Virus record (IMG/VR): IMGVR_UViG_3300005286_000487
Span: 1 to 51,261 of that record
DNA length: 51,261 nt
Reading direction: 5' to 3' (one strand)
Source of the DNA: a virus
Lineage: Duplodnaviria; Caudoviricetes
Shown here: one piece after another, positions 27,101 through 36,004 of the stretch
Position numbering within the stretch: position 1 is the first letter of the stretch
How the letters are laid out: each line of letters begins with the position of its first letter
The notes under the pieces: generated by a model
Told to the model about the DNA's origin: nothing
Seen by the model: only the letters and a program-made list of their open reading frames with translations
Databases searched by the model: none
Made by a program: the position numbers and the translations under genes

Positions 27101-28755
27101 AATCCGAGGATTATTGGGCGAGGAGGATGGAAACGCTCAATGAGGCGCAGCTTGCTAAAGGCGGCGACTACATCAAGAAAATGAACGAGGAATACGCCAA
27201 GGCAATGGCCTCGATCCAGCGAGACATCAACGTCTTTTATCAGCGTTTTGCAACCAACAATTCAGTGAGTCTCGCAGAAGCTCGGCAAATGTTGAAAGCC
27301 GGTGAACTGAAAGAGTTCAAGTGGAGCGTCGAGGATTATATCCAAAAGGGTCGAGAGAACGCCATTGATCAACGCTGGATGAAAGAGTTGGAGAATGCCA
27401 GCATCAAAGCGCGCGTAAGTCGTTTGGAAGCATTACAAGTGCAGATGAGGCAGCAGGTTGAGATGTTGGCTGCTTCCAAGCAGAAAGGCATCACCGACCT
27501 GCTCGGAAACAAAATCTACAAGGACAACTATTATCACTCGATCTTTGAATTGCAAAAAGGCGCAGGCTTCGGCTCGTCATTTGCTAAACTCGACAGCCGG
27601 TTCATCGATAACGTACTAACAACACCATGGGCGCCAGACGGAGCAAACTTCAGCTCACGAATCTGGAAAGATCGCGCCAAGCTAGTGGCCGAACTTCAAA
27701 CGACGCTGCTTCAAGGATTTATCCGCGGTGATCCATCGGACAAGCTCATTCAGCAGCTCATGGTACGGATGGGAGTGTCCCGGTCCAATGCTGAGAGGCT
27801 GGTACTTACAGAGGCGGCCTTCTTTTCGGGGCATTCCCGCCGCACAGCGTATACAGAACTCGGTGTCGACGAATTCAAGAACGTGGCCACACTGGATAAA
27901 AGGACATCAACGATATGCAAGACGATGGATGGAACTGTATTCAAGGTATCCGAGGCACAGCCGGGTGTTAACTGCGCGCCTTTTCACAGCCGCTGCAGAA
28001 CGGTGGATATCCCGCATTACGATGGCAATGTAAATGAGCGAACAGCGCGCGGCGACGACGGCCAAACATACGATGTGCCTGGAGACATGACCTACAAAGA
28101 ATGGGCCGGTGAACATCTGGACGGTGCCGTCGAAGAACCGCCAAGCCAGAGTTTTAACCGGAAATTTAATCCAAAGGCAAGTTACCACATTGAGATGCCA
28201 AACACCCCGGAGCCTGTATTGGAGAAAATTGCGGAAGTAAACCGGAGCATCGCTCGCCAAGGGCACAAAGATGCCAAGGAAATCATGGTGATAATGGACG
28301 CGGCTGGCCAGGAGATTGGGCGGGCGATCGGGGAAATTAACCGAGTCATGTTCACGCCAGAGATTCATGAAACGCTGCTTGTCGCACCGCGTAATTCCAT
28401 CACGTTAACCCATAATCACCCACGGGGAACACGAGTGAATGTGAAGGACGCACGCAACCTGGCACTGTACCCTTCCCTTGCTCATATTGTCGCGACGGGC
28501 CACGATGGCGGATTGAGTCATGTATCCACTCTTGGCAACGTGGTAGACCTGGTCATGTTCAACGAGGTGATGGCGAGAGCAGCCCAAACGGTCGACACTC
28601 GATTACAAAAGGATAAGAAGTATGCTACAATGTCCTCAAGTTTACGAGATGAATACTTTGATTATCTCGTGTTGCTGGAAATCGTAAAAGAACTGGGGTG
28701 GGAGTATGGCGAAGAGTTCGAGGCATCAAAAGGAAAAGATCGGTTTGATCGATGA
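27097..28755 (+). CDS. MuF/SPP1 gp7-like minor capsid protein with C-terminal JAB-like extension
   Basis: ATLDKRTSTIC...APFHSRCR MuF motif; about 200-aa tail with THNHP-x5-NVKD. Confidence 0.88.
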   Translation: MKSEDYWARRMETLNEAQLAKGGDYIKKMNEEYAKAMASIQRDINVFYQRFATNNSVSLAEARQMLKAGELKEFKWSVEDYIQKGRENAIDQRWMKELENASIKARVSRLEALQVQMRQQVEMLAASKQKGITDLLGNKIYKDNYYHSIFELQKGAGFGSSFAKLDSRFIDNVLTTPWAPDGANFSSRIWKDRAKLVAELQTTLLQGFIRGDPSDKLIQQLMVRMGVSRSNAERLVLTEAAFFSGHSRRTAYTELGVDEFKNVATLDKRTSTICKTMDGTVFKVSEAQPGVNCAPFHSRCRTVDIPHYDGNVNERTARGDDGQTYDVPGDMTYKEWAGEHLDGAVEEPPSQSFNRKFNPKASYHIEMPNTPEPVLEKIAEVNRSIARQGHKDAKEIMVIMDAAGQEIGRAIGEINRVMFTPEIHETLLVAPRNSITLTHNHPRGTRVNVKDARNLALYPSLAHIVATGHDGGLSHVSTLGNVVDLVMFNEVMARAAQTVDTRLQKDKKYATMSSSLRDEYFDYLVLLEIVKELGWEYGEEFEASKGKDRFDR

Positions 28756-28879
28756 TGCGCCAATCCGGTTAGATTACAGCAAATCATCCGAGGAACGCGT
28801 AGCCGATTATATCCGACAGGTCAATGAGCCATTTGAAAAGGCGCAGACTGAATTTGAAAAAGGGCAATCAAATAAATGA
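28706..28879 (+). CDS. Small ORF after MuF (candidate immunity protein), 57 aa, absent from ORF track
   Basis: MAKSSRHQKEKIGLIDDAPIRLDYS...; GGGGTGGGAG upstream; TGCTACAAT extended -10 at 28623-28631; terminator 28882-28918. Confidence 0.5.
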   Translation: MAKSSRHQKEKIGLIDDAPIRLDYSKSSEERVADYIRQVNEPFEKAQTEFEKGQSNK

Positions 28880-29015
28880 GCAAAGCACTCTCAGAAATAA
28901 CGAGGGTGCTTTTTGTTTACTTGAAATTCCGCCGTTTCGGTACTGTCGGCGTAAAAGAACAGGACATCACCGGACGCGACCGGGTTAACAAGCGAAGATG
29001 AAAGGATGGTCATAT

Positions 29016-29642
29016 ATGGATTGGTTGAAAGAACTGCTCAAGGGAATGCAATTAACCGATGAGCAAATCAAACAAATCACAGAAGGGGTTGAGGGCAATT
29101 ACAAAGGTTACGTGCCTGAGCATCGCTTTAAAGAGGTTAACGATGCGAAAAAGTCGCTGGAATCCACCCTGAAAGAGCGGGATCAGCAACTGGCTGACTT
29201 GAAAAAGTCGGCAGAAGGTAACGAAGCCTTGCAAGCAAAGATCAAAGAGTTGGAAGATGCGAACAAACAAGCCGCTGACAAGTACCAAGCCGAGTTAAAA
29301 GAACTGCGTACCACCACGGCGCTGAAACTCGCATTGAATGGAAAGGTTCACGATCCTGACCTTGTGGCTGGTCTGCTGGACAAAACCAAAATCGAATTGG
29401 ACGAAACAGGCAACGTAAAAGCTGGTTTCGACGATCAAATCAAAGCCTTGCAAGAGAGCAAGGCTTTTTTGTTTGTGCCTGAGAAGAAGGAAGAAGGGTT
29501 CCAATTCCGGGGCATGAATCCAGTGGACGGTATGGGTGCAGGCGGCGAAGGAAAACAGCCGAACATTGGCAAGCAGTTAGCTGAACAAAACAAACAGGCT
29601 GGCGCAGCGATGCAAGAAGCCCAAGCAAACTATTTCAAGTAA
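29016..29642 (+). CDS. Capsid scaffolding protein (GP20-like)
   Basis: MDWLKELL, YVPEHRFKEVN, IKALQESKAFLF; coiled coil. Confidence 0.88.
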   Translation: MDWLKELLKGMQLTDEQIKQITEGVEGNYKGYVPEHRFKEVNDAKKSLESTLKERDQQLADLKKSAEGNEALQAKIKELEDANKQAADKYQAELKELRTTTALKLALNGKVHDPDLVAGLLDKTKIELDETGNVKAGFDDQIKALQESKAFLFVPEKKEEGFQFRGMNPVDGMGAGGEGKQPNIGKQLAEQNKQAGAAMQEAQANYFK

Positions 29643-29659
29643 AACGGAGGTAAAAGACA

Positions 29660-30019
29660 ATGAGCAAATTTGTAGAAACAAGCTATGGATCACCGAAACA
29701 AATCCTCAAATTCCCTGACCATTATGTCGCAATTGCGGTAACGGTTGATGATTCAGGCGTTTCCGCTGGCCTGGATGGCAAAAAGATCGTGCCTGCCGGA
29801 ACAATCATCGGCGGCGGATTCTTGGGAGACGACACGAAAAAGGCGGTAAAAACAAACGGTGTCGGCGCAGAAGGCGTGCTGTTAAACGATACAGACGTAA
29901 CGTATGGCCCGGCTCCTGGTGCAGCCGTTATCCATGGTTTTATCGCAACAAGCAAACTGCCAGAAGCACCTGTAACGGATGCTGTGACAGCACTCAAACA
30001 GATCACGTTTATTAAGTAA
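29660..30019 (+). CDS. Head decoration protein
   Basis: GKKIVPAGT...GVLLNDTDVTYG; between scaffold and major capsid protein. Confidence 0.75.
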   Translation: MSKFVETSYGSPKQILKFPDHYVAIAVTVDDSGVSAGLDGKKIVPAGTIIGGGFLGDDTKKAVKTNGVGAEGVLLNDTDVTYGPAPGAAVIHGFIATSKLPEAPVTDAVTALKQITFIK

Positions 30020-30037
30020 GCAAAGGAGAGAATATAA

Positions 30038-31084
30038 ATGCCTACAATTTTTGATCTTATCAATGCGCGCAATATTGCCACGTACTACGAAGAAAACGGA
30101 TCAAACAAGATTCCGTATCTCGGCGAAACGCTTTTCCCGGCACGCAAACAGCTAGGTCTTGATCTGAGCTGGATTAAAGGATTTAACGGCCTGCCTGTAT
30201 CTTTGAAACCATCCGAGTTCGATGCAAAGGCAACGCTGCGTGACCGCGTGCAAATGAACAAAATCGACACAGAAATGCCATTCTTCCGCGAAGCTATGCG
30301 TGTTGGTGAGAAAGAACGTCAAGAACTGCTTCGCTTGATGTCCTCCACTAACTCGCAATATCTGATGCCCGTTATTAATCGTATCTACGATGACGCAACC
30401 AACCTGGTAAACGGCGCTCGTGTTATCTCCGAGCGAATGATTATGCAGCTGTTGTCTACAGGTAAAATCTCGATTGCTGCCAATCGTTTGAACTACGACT
30501 ATGACTACAAGCTGCCAGCCGAACACAAAGAAACGCTGACATCAACCGATCAATGGAGCGACCCAAACAGCAATCCAGTTGATGATATCCGCACATGGCA
30601 AGATAAAGTCGAGGATGACACCGGAGTACGTCCAACTCGTGCAATTTGCACACGCAAAACATGGAATTACCTGTTGACAAACAAAACGATTCGACTGGAC
30701 ATGAATCCAGCTGGTGGTCAAAACATCATCCTCACTGACTCCATGTTGCAGCAATACCTCGCGGCTAAGCTTGGCGTTTCCGCGGCGGTGTACAACAAAA
30801 AGTTTGCGCTTGAAGTTGGCGGAGCAGCTCAAAATTTCTATCCAGACGACTACTTCACACTCATCCCTGAAGGTAACCTTGGAAACCTGTACTACGGCAC
30901 AACACCAGAAGAGGCTGATCTGATGAGTGGCGGAACGTCCGCGGAAGTCCAGGTGGTCAATACAGGCGTGGCAATCACAACTGTTAAAGAGCCGCATCCG
31001 GTCAATGTTGAAACGATCGTTTCTCAAATCTGCCTACCATCCTTCGAGACGATCGATACGATCTTTATCGCGAAAGTGGCGTAG
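30038..31084 (+). CDS. Major capsid protein (lambda gpE-like family)
   Basis: YLGETLFP, EMPFFREAM, YGTTPEEADL; 348 aa. Confidence 0.92.
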   Translation: MPTIFDLINARNIATYYEENGSNKIPYLGETLFPARKQLGLDLSWIKGFNGLPVSLKPSEFDAKATLRDRVQMNKIDTEMPFFREAMRVGEKERQELLRLMSSTNSQYLMPVINRIYDDATNLVNGARVISERMIMQLLSTGKISIAANRLNYDYDYKLPAEHKETLTSTDQWSDPNSNPVDDIRTWQDKVEDDTGVRPTRAICTRKTWNYLLTNKTIRLDMNPAGGQNIILTDSMLQQYLAAKLGVSAAVYNKKFALEVGGAAQNFYPDDYFTLIPEGNLGNLYYGTTPEEADLMSGGTSAEVQVVNTGVAITTVKEPHPVNVETIVSQICLPSFETIDTIFIAKVA

Positions 31085-31133
31085 AGAGCGGATTTCTCCC
31101 CTCTCTATTTTCCTGAAAGGAGTGTAGCTTACT

Positions 31134-31310
31134 GTGGCAAGAGTAAAGGCTCAGGAATCCGTAGCGGTTCGCTGGACAGCAAACGTGAAGTATAACGGCA
31201 AACGATACCGCGCTGGCGAGCAGGCTGAAATAAAGCCTGAAGATCGGGATGAACTGCTTGCGGCAGGCGTCATTCGCGAGGAGGCACCAGATGGAAACGT
31301 ACCTGATTAA
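31134..31310 (+). CDS. Small head-associated protein, 58 aa (absent from ORF track)
   Basis: AAAGGAG RBS; NVKYNGKRYRAGE...LLAAGVI. Confidence 0.65.
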   Translation: MARVKAQESVAVRWTANVKYNGKRYRAGEQAEIKPEDRDELLAAGVIREEAPDGNVPD

Positions 31311-31647
31311 GCTGAAGTCTCTGCTCGGTATCCTAGTTGACGATACCAGCAAAGATGGTCGGCTCTCATTCGCGTTGGGCTTTGTTACCGATGCAATCAA
31401 GAGCTATTGCAACCTTACGGAAGTGCCGGCCGCGCTAGAAAACTTAGTTCTGCAAATGGCGGAGGATTACTACCGGAGCAAGTATTCCGAAGAATTTCCG
31501 CAAGCTCAGGTAGTCCAGAGCGTAAAGCGCGGAGACGTGACGACGACATTCGGCGCCGCAAAAGCGAGCGTGAAGGCGGGGCCCGGAGCGGTGTTCGTCC
31601 AAAACTACACGGCACAGCTTAACGCATTCCGAAAGCTGAGGTGGTAG
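31291..31647 (+). CDS. Head-tail connector/adaptor
   Basis: IKSYCNLTEVPAALE, SVKRGDVTTTF, LNAFRKLRW. Confidence 0.8.
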   Translation: METYLIKLKSLLGILVDDTSKDGRLSFALGFVTDAIKSYCNLTEVPAALENLVLQMAEDYYRSKYSEEFPQAQVVQSVKRGDVTTTFGAAKASVKAGPGAVFVQNYTAQLNAFRKLRW

Positions 31648-31648
31648 T

Positions 31649-32020
31649 ATGCCATTCGGCAACCTTGTTATGGAGCGCCTCGCTTTAGAGGCAACATACG
31701 ACGGTCTCTGCACCGTTACCGAGTTTCAACAGGTAAAAGACCCCGCGACGAAGGTAACCAAGCAGAAACAGGTCGTGGTTCTTCAAGATCAGCCCTGCGC
31801 GCTTTCACAAGTGACGCTGGCAGCCGCTCAATCAACCGACACGAGCAATCGGATTGATTATGACACTAAGCTATTCATCTCGCCTGACATCACAATAAAA
31901 GCCGGTAGTCGTATCCGTGTCATCCAGGATAGCATGGACTATGAGTTTGAATCGGCTGGCGATCCCTTTCGGTATCCGACCCATCAGGAGATCAAGTTGA
32001 AGCGAGTTGCGCGCTCATGA
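31649..32020 (+). CDS. Head-closure protein (XkdH-like)
   Basis: QPCALS, KLFISPDITIKAGS, YPTHQEI. Confidence 0.75.
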   Translation: MPFGNLVMERLALEATYDGLCTVTEFQQVKDPATKVTKQKQVVVLQDQPCALSQVTLAAAQSTDTSNRIDYDTKLFISPDITIKAGSRIRVIQDSMDYEFESAGDPFRYPTHQEIKLKRVARS

Positions 32021-32421
32021 ATCGAATGGGCAATTTTGAGTTCGGAGAGCTGAAGGAGTTTCAAAAAAAACTCGAGCAAATGGGACAGAACTTTGATGCC
32101 TTTGTCGAGGAATGTATCCGAGAGTTGGCAGCGCGCTTGCTGGCTAAAACGATCGCCCGCACACCAGTAGACACAGGTGACTTGCGACGAGGCTGGACAA
32201 TCGGCGCCACCCAACGCGTCGGCGATAACTTCCTCGTCGAGATCATCAATCCGGTCGAATACGCCATGTATGTGGAGTTCGGGCATCGCACCCGTAATCA
32301 TACCGGATGGGTGGAAGGCCGCTTTATGTTGACGATCTCCGAGGTGGAACTAGAAAGGGAAATGCCCGCAATCCTGAATCGTAAGCTACAGCAGTTCATG
32401 GACAGGCATCTGGGAGGGTAA
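32017..32421 (+). CDS. HK97 gp10-family tail completion protein
   Basis: TPVDTGDLRRGW, YAMYVEFGHR. Confidence 0.88.
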   Translation: MNRMGNFEFGELKEFQKKLEQMGQNFDAFVEECIRELAARLLAKTIARTPVDTGDLRRGWTIGATQRVGDNFLVEIINPVEYAMYVEFGHRTRNHTGWVEGRFMLTISEVELEREMPAILNRKLQQFMDRHLGG

Positions 32422-32425
32422 TGGT

Positions 32426-32851
32426 GTGGAACAAGTCAAAAATGCAATCATATCACGTCTGGTCGCCCGCGATCCAGAATTTCCGGTATACGATGAACGA
32501 GTAGAACAAGGCTTTCAGGAGCCTTGTTTTTTTGTACTCCAAATCAGTGGCGGGCAAACGAAAGAAGTTGACCGACGATACCGGCGTACGCTGATGTTCG
32601 ATGTGCACTATTTTCCCTCGGACAGCTTGGAAAAGAAAACAGAGTGCCAGCGCGTGGCAGAACAGCTCTATGAACAACTGGAGTATGTGGAGTGGAGCGG
32701 CATCCTGTATCGGGGCCATGAAATGAAACATGAGGTCGTGGACGATGTTCTGCATTTTTTCTTGAGCTACAACATGCATCTCATACGACAGAAGGCTACT
32801 GCAGCTAAGATGCAACGTTTGGAAATGGAGGGACATATCCGATATGACTGA
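32426..32851 (+). CDS. Tail terminator (XkdJ-like)
   Basis: VEQGFQEPCFFV, FDVHYFP, VDDVLHF. Confidence 0.8.
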   Translation: MEQVKNAIISRLVARDPEFPVYDERVEQGFQEPCFFVLQISGGQTKEVDRRYRRTLMFDVHYFPSDSLEKKTECQRVAEQLYEQLEYVEWSGILYRGHEMKHEVVDDVLHFFLSYNMHLIRQKATAAKMQRLEMEGHIRYD

Positions 32852-33026
32852 AAAAGCAGAGGAACAAATGGCTCCGACCTTTACAAAACAGCAATTTTTA
32901 TCATCGAAGCAATTTACTGCACAAGAGAAAGATGTGGTCAACGCGGTGCTGCAGGATAGGGAGAGGTACTCAGTTGCAGCAGCTAAAAAGATGGTAAGAG
33001 ACTTTCTGAAAAAGGAGGCGAAATAA
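32844..33026 (+). CDS. Small tail-associated protein
   Basis: FTKQQFLSSKQF; located before sheath. Confidence 0.7.
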   Translation: MTEKAEEQMAPTFTKQQFLSSKQFTAQEKDVVNAVLQDRERYSVAAAKKMVRDFLKKEAK

Positions 33027-34340
33027 TTGAGTGGTGGAACATGGACAACTCAAAACAAAGTGCGGCCAGGCGTGTACGTTAAGGTAAGTAGCGACCCGCA
33101 ACCATTGGGAACCGTAGGCGATCGTGGTATCGCGACGATGGCTTTGCCCCTCAGTTGGGGACCAGCCAAAACGGTGATTCAGGTAGAGGCGGGAGCTGAC
33201 ATCAAAGACGCGCTTGGCTACGATATCACTGATGCCGAGATGTTGCTGGTTCGTGAGGCTTTGAAACGGGCTAAGACGCTCTTGCTGTATCGACTGAATG
33301 AAGGTACTAAGGCATCCGCAACCATCGGAACCCTTTCTGTAACTGCCAAGTACGGCGGTGTGCGTGGTAACGATATCACTTTGGTTATTCAGCAAAATAT
33401 CGATGATGACACGCTGTTTGACGTGAAAACGCTCGTAGGTGGTCGTGAAGTCGATTTCCAGACCGCAACAGACGCCTCGGGGCTGTCATCCAACAATTGG
33501 GTTACCTTTGGCTCGGGTTCGCTTACAGCGACCGCAGGCACGGCGTTAACTGGAGGTAATAACGGTGCAGTAACCAACGCTGACCATACTGACTACTTGG
33601 CTGCGATCGAACTGTTTGATTTTCAGACAATGGCTCTCGTTTCTGACGATGCAACACTCAAGAGTGTATACGTTTCATTCACGAAGCGGCTTCGCGACGA
33701 GGAAGGGAAAATGATTCAAACAGTTGTCGCGAACTATCCATTAGCCGATTATGAGGGCGTGATCAGCGTGAAAAACGGCGTATTGCTCTCGAACGGCACG
33801 ACGCTCTCTGCAGCACAAGCAACTGCTTGGGTGGCCGGAGCAACAGCAGGGGCACAGATGAATCAGTCGCTGACCTACCAAGCCTATGATGATGCAGTCG
33901 ATGCTGTGCCTCGCTATTCCAACTCGCAAATTGAGGCTGCCATCAAAAGCGGAGAATTTCTCTTTACGCAAAACAACGGACGAGCTGTCGTCGAAACGGA
34001 TATCAACACGTTCACCAGCTACACTCCAGAAAAGCGTCGGCACTTCTCCAAAAACCGTGTCATGCGTGTGTTGGACGGGATCGCGAATGATTTCAAACGT
34101 ATCTTTGAAACTTTTTACATTGGCCGGGGCGACAACGATGATGACGGGCGTAATTTGTATCGGAATGAGTGCAACACATATATGGTAAATCTGCAAGGAA
34201 TCAGAGCGATTCAAAACTTCGATTCGCAGAAAGATGTGGTCGTCTTTCCTGGTGAAGAAGCTGATGCGGTATATGTCGGCGCTTATGTCCATCCAGTAGA
34301 CTCGCCCGAGAAGTTTTATTTTGATGTCAAAGTAAGGTAG
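33027..34340 (+). CDS. Tail sheath protein (XkdK-like)
   Basis: GGTWTTQNKVRPGVY, KNRVMRVLD. Confidence 0.93.
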   Translation: MSGGTWTTQNKVRPGVYVKVSSDPQPLGTVGDRGIATMALPLSWGPAKTVIQVEAGADIKDALGYDITDAEMLLVREALKRAKTLLLYRLNEGTKASATIGTLSVTAKYGGVRGNDITLVIQQNIDDDTLFDVKTLVGGREVDFQTATDASGLSSNNWVTFGSGSLTATAGTALTGGNNGAVTNADHTDYLAAIELFDFQTMALVSDDATLKSVYVSFTKRLRDEEGKMIQTVVANYPLADYEGVISVKNGVLLSNGTTLSAAQATAWVAGATAGAQMNQSLTYQAYDDAVDAVPRYSNSQIEAAIKSGEFLFTQNNGRAVVETDINTFTSYTPEKRRHFSKNRVMRVLDGIANDFKRIFETFYIGRGDNDDDGRNLYRNECNTYMVNLQGIRAIQNFDSQKDVVVFPGEEADAVYVGAYVHPVDSPEKFYFDVKVR

Positions 34341-34355
34341 GAGAGGTGAGATGGC

Positions 34356-34823
34356 ATGAAGTTTTTGCACGCGAAAGATACGATCTCTGGACAAGAGGCC
34401 CGCGCATACGCGACAATCAACGGTCAAGTCGAGGAAATGTTTTATGCCAAGAAAATCGAGGCGAAGGCCAAGAAGACGAAAAAAGGCATTAAGACGTTGA
34501 ACAAGCGCGGCACCCAAAATAAAGCAACTGGCTGGGAAGGCACTGGCTCCTTGACGATTTATTACGTCACGTCTCTCTTTCGCAAAATGATGTTGGAATA
34601 CATTAAGAACGGGAAGGACACTTACTTTGACCTGCAAGTCGTCAACGAAGACCCCACCTCGTCGATTGGAAAGCAGACTGTCATTATCAAAAACGTAAAC
34701 TTGGACGAAGTTACTCTTGCTGCTTTTGATGTTGATGCTGAAGTGTTGGAGGAGGAGATCAGTTTCACCTTCGATGACGCTGACATCCTGGATGAGTTTG
34801 GCAAGCCTGTCCTTGGCGAATAG
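34356..34823 (+). CDS. Tail tube protein (XkdM-like)
   Basis: DTISGQEARAY, NEDPTSSIGKQ, FTFDD. Confidence 0.9.
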   Translation: MKFLHAKDTISGQEARAYATINGQVEEMFYAKKIEAKAKKTKKGIKTLNKRGTQNKATGWEGTGSLTIYYVTSLFRKMMLEYIKNGKDTYFDLQVVNEDPTSSIGKQTVIIKNVNLDEVTLAAFDVDAEVLEEEISFTFDDADILDEFGKPVLGE

Positions 34824-34866
34824 ACTATTGCCCTTTCATAAACAAAACTAATTGGAGGATTATACA

Positions 34867-35289
34867 ATGAACAATTTGAGCGTATTTTTCATGGAGAACG
34901 TCGACACAAATATTACCGAAGAGTTCGAGGTTTCAAAACGCTTCAAGGATGCGGAAGGCCAGCCGGTTCCGTGGAAACTGAGAACCATGACCGAAGAAGA
35001 AAATGAATCGATCCGTAAGTCGGCTCAGAAACGGACAAAGGTTCGGGGCGGACAATACACGACCGAGACAAACAACGACGAGTACCTTGCGAAATTGGCC
35101 GTTGCCAGCGTGGTATACCCGGATTTGAAGGATGCAGAGCTGCAGCGCTCTTATGGTGTGATGGGGGCGGACAGGCTGCTTCGCAAAATGCTGCTGCCAG
35201 GTGAATATTCGAGCTTGCTCGAAAAGGTCCAAGAAATGAACGGGTTCGACTTGGACATCAATGAGCTGAAGGAAGAAGTAAAAAACTAA
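34867..35289 (+). CDS. Tail assembly chaperone (XkdN-like)
   Basis: SVVYPDLKDAELQRSYGVMGA, MLLPGEY; ends in slippery A-AAA-AAC. Confidence 0.88.
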   Translation: MNNLSVFFMENVDTNITEEFEVSKRFKDAEGQPVPWKLRTMTEEENESIRKSAQKRTKVRGGQYTTETNNDEYLAKLAVASVVYPDLKDAELQRSYGVMGADRLLRKMLLPGEYSSLLEKVQEMNGFDLDINELKEEVKN

Positions 35290-35453
35290 TCGAGGAGGGC
35301 GATGGTGAAGCGAATTACGCTTACTACGCCCTCCATGAGTTGAAAATTCTGCCGCACGAGCTTACACGGATGACGAGGCGGGAAAGAGCTGCTATCTATG
35401 CGATGATTGATGTTCGGGTTGTAAAAGAAAAGGAACTAAAGAAAAAAACATAG
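35280..35453 (+). other. -1 programmed frameshift extension of the tail chaperone
   Basis: Heptamer AAAAAAC 35280-35286; -1 frame KLIEEGDGEANYAYYALHELKILP...KKT stops at 35453. Confidence 0.8.
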
Positions 35454-35507
35454 CCACCATCAGGTGATTTTGATAATATTTACAAAAAGATTCTGAGAGG
35501 GATTGCT

Positions 35508-35945
35508 ATGAAAAAGTTAGGGCTTTTGCTTCTGTTGCTCTTGGCTTTTATTGCTGGATGTGCAGAAAATCCAAACACAAACACTCAAAATTCTTCTACG
35601 TTACCAGACAAGATTCCGGTTGTAGCGAAGAACTACAAGAGTGAGTACACGTTCGAGGTTCTATTTTACGTGCCTGAAAGCCGATACTACTATGTCCAAC
35701 AGAAGGAAGGGAACGTCACAAAGGAATCTGCAGATGCCATTGTAAAAGAGCTGTATTCAAAAGAGGCTTGGGCAGAAAACGGCGGGCAGCTAGGGAATGT
35801 ATTAATTTATGATAGCTCCCAAAAGCTAAAAAAAGGCGAGAGGCCAGATTCAAACATCGTAGAGTCTGCCGAGTATGCTTCTCGGTCGAGTGAATTATAT
35901 GTTAATGGTGAGCCAACCCCCTTTGAACCTTCGGTAGAAAAGTAA
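35508..35945 (+). CDS. Lipoprotein moron
   Basis: MKK, hydrophobic stretch, IAGC lipobox; own terminator 35960-35984. Confidence 0.8.
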   Translation: MKKLGLLLLLLLAFIAGCAENPNTNTQNSSTLPDKIPVVAKNYKSEYTFEVLFYVPESRYYYVQQKEGNVTKESADAIVKELYSKEAWAENGGQLGNVLIYDSSQKLKKGERPDSNIVESAEYASRSSELYVNGEPTPFEPSVEK

Positions 35946-36004
35946 TAAATAATTGACACAAGCACCCTAAACAGGGTGCTTTTTGTTATGGAGGAGGGAG
36001 AAGC

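Noticed and set aside
35953-35960. TTGACACA resembles the left arm of the cassette junction motif
   Set aside because: No right arm; it runs into a terminator stem far from the recombinase
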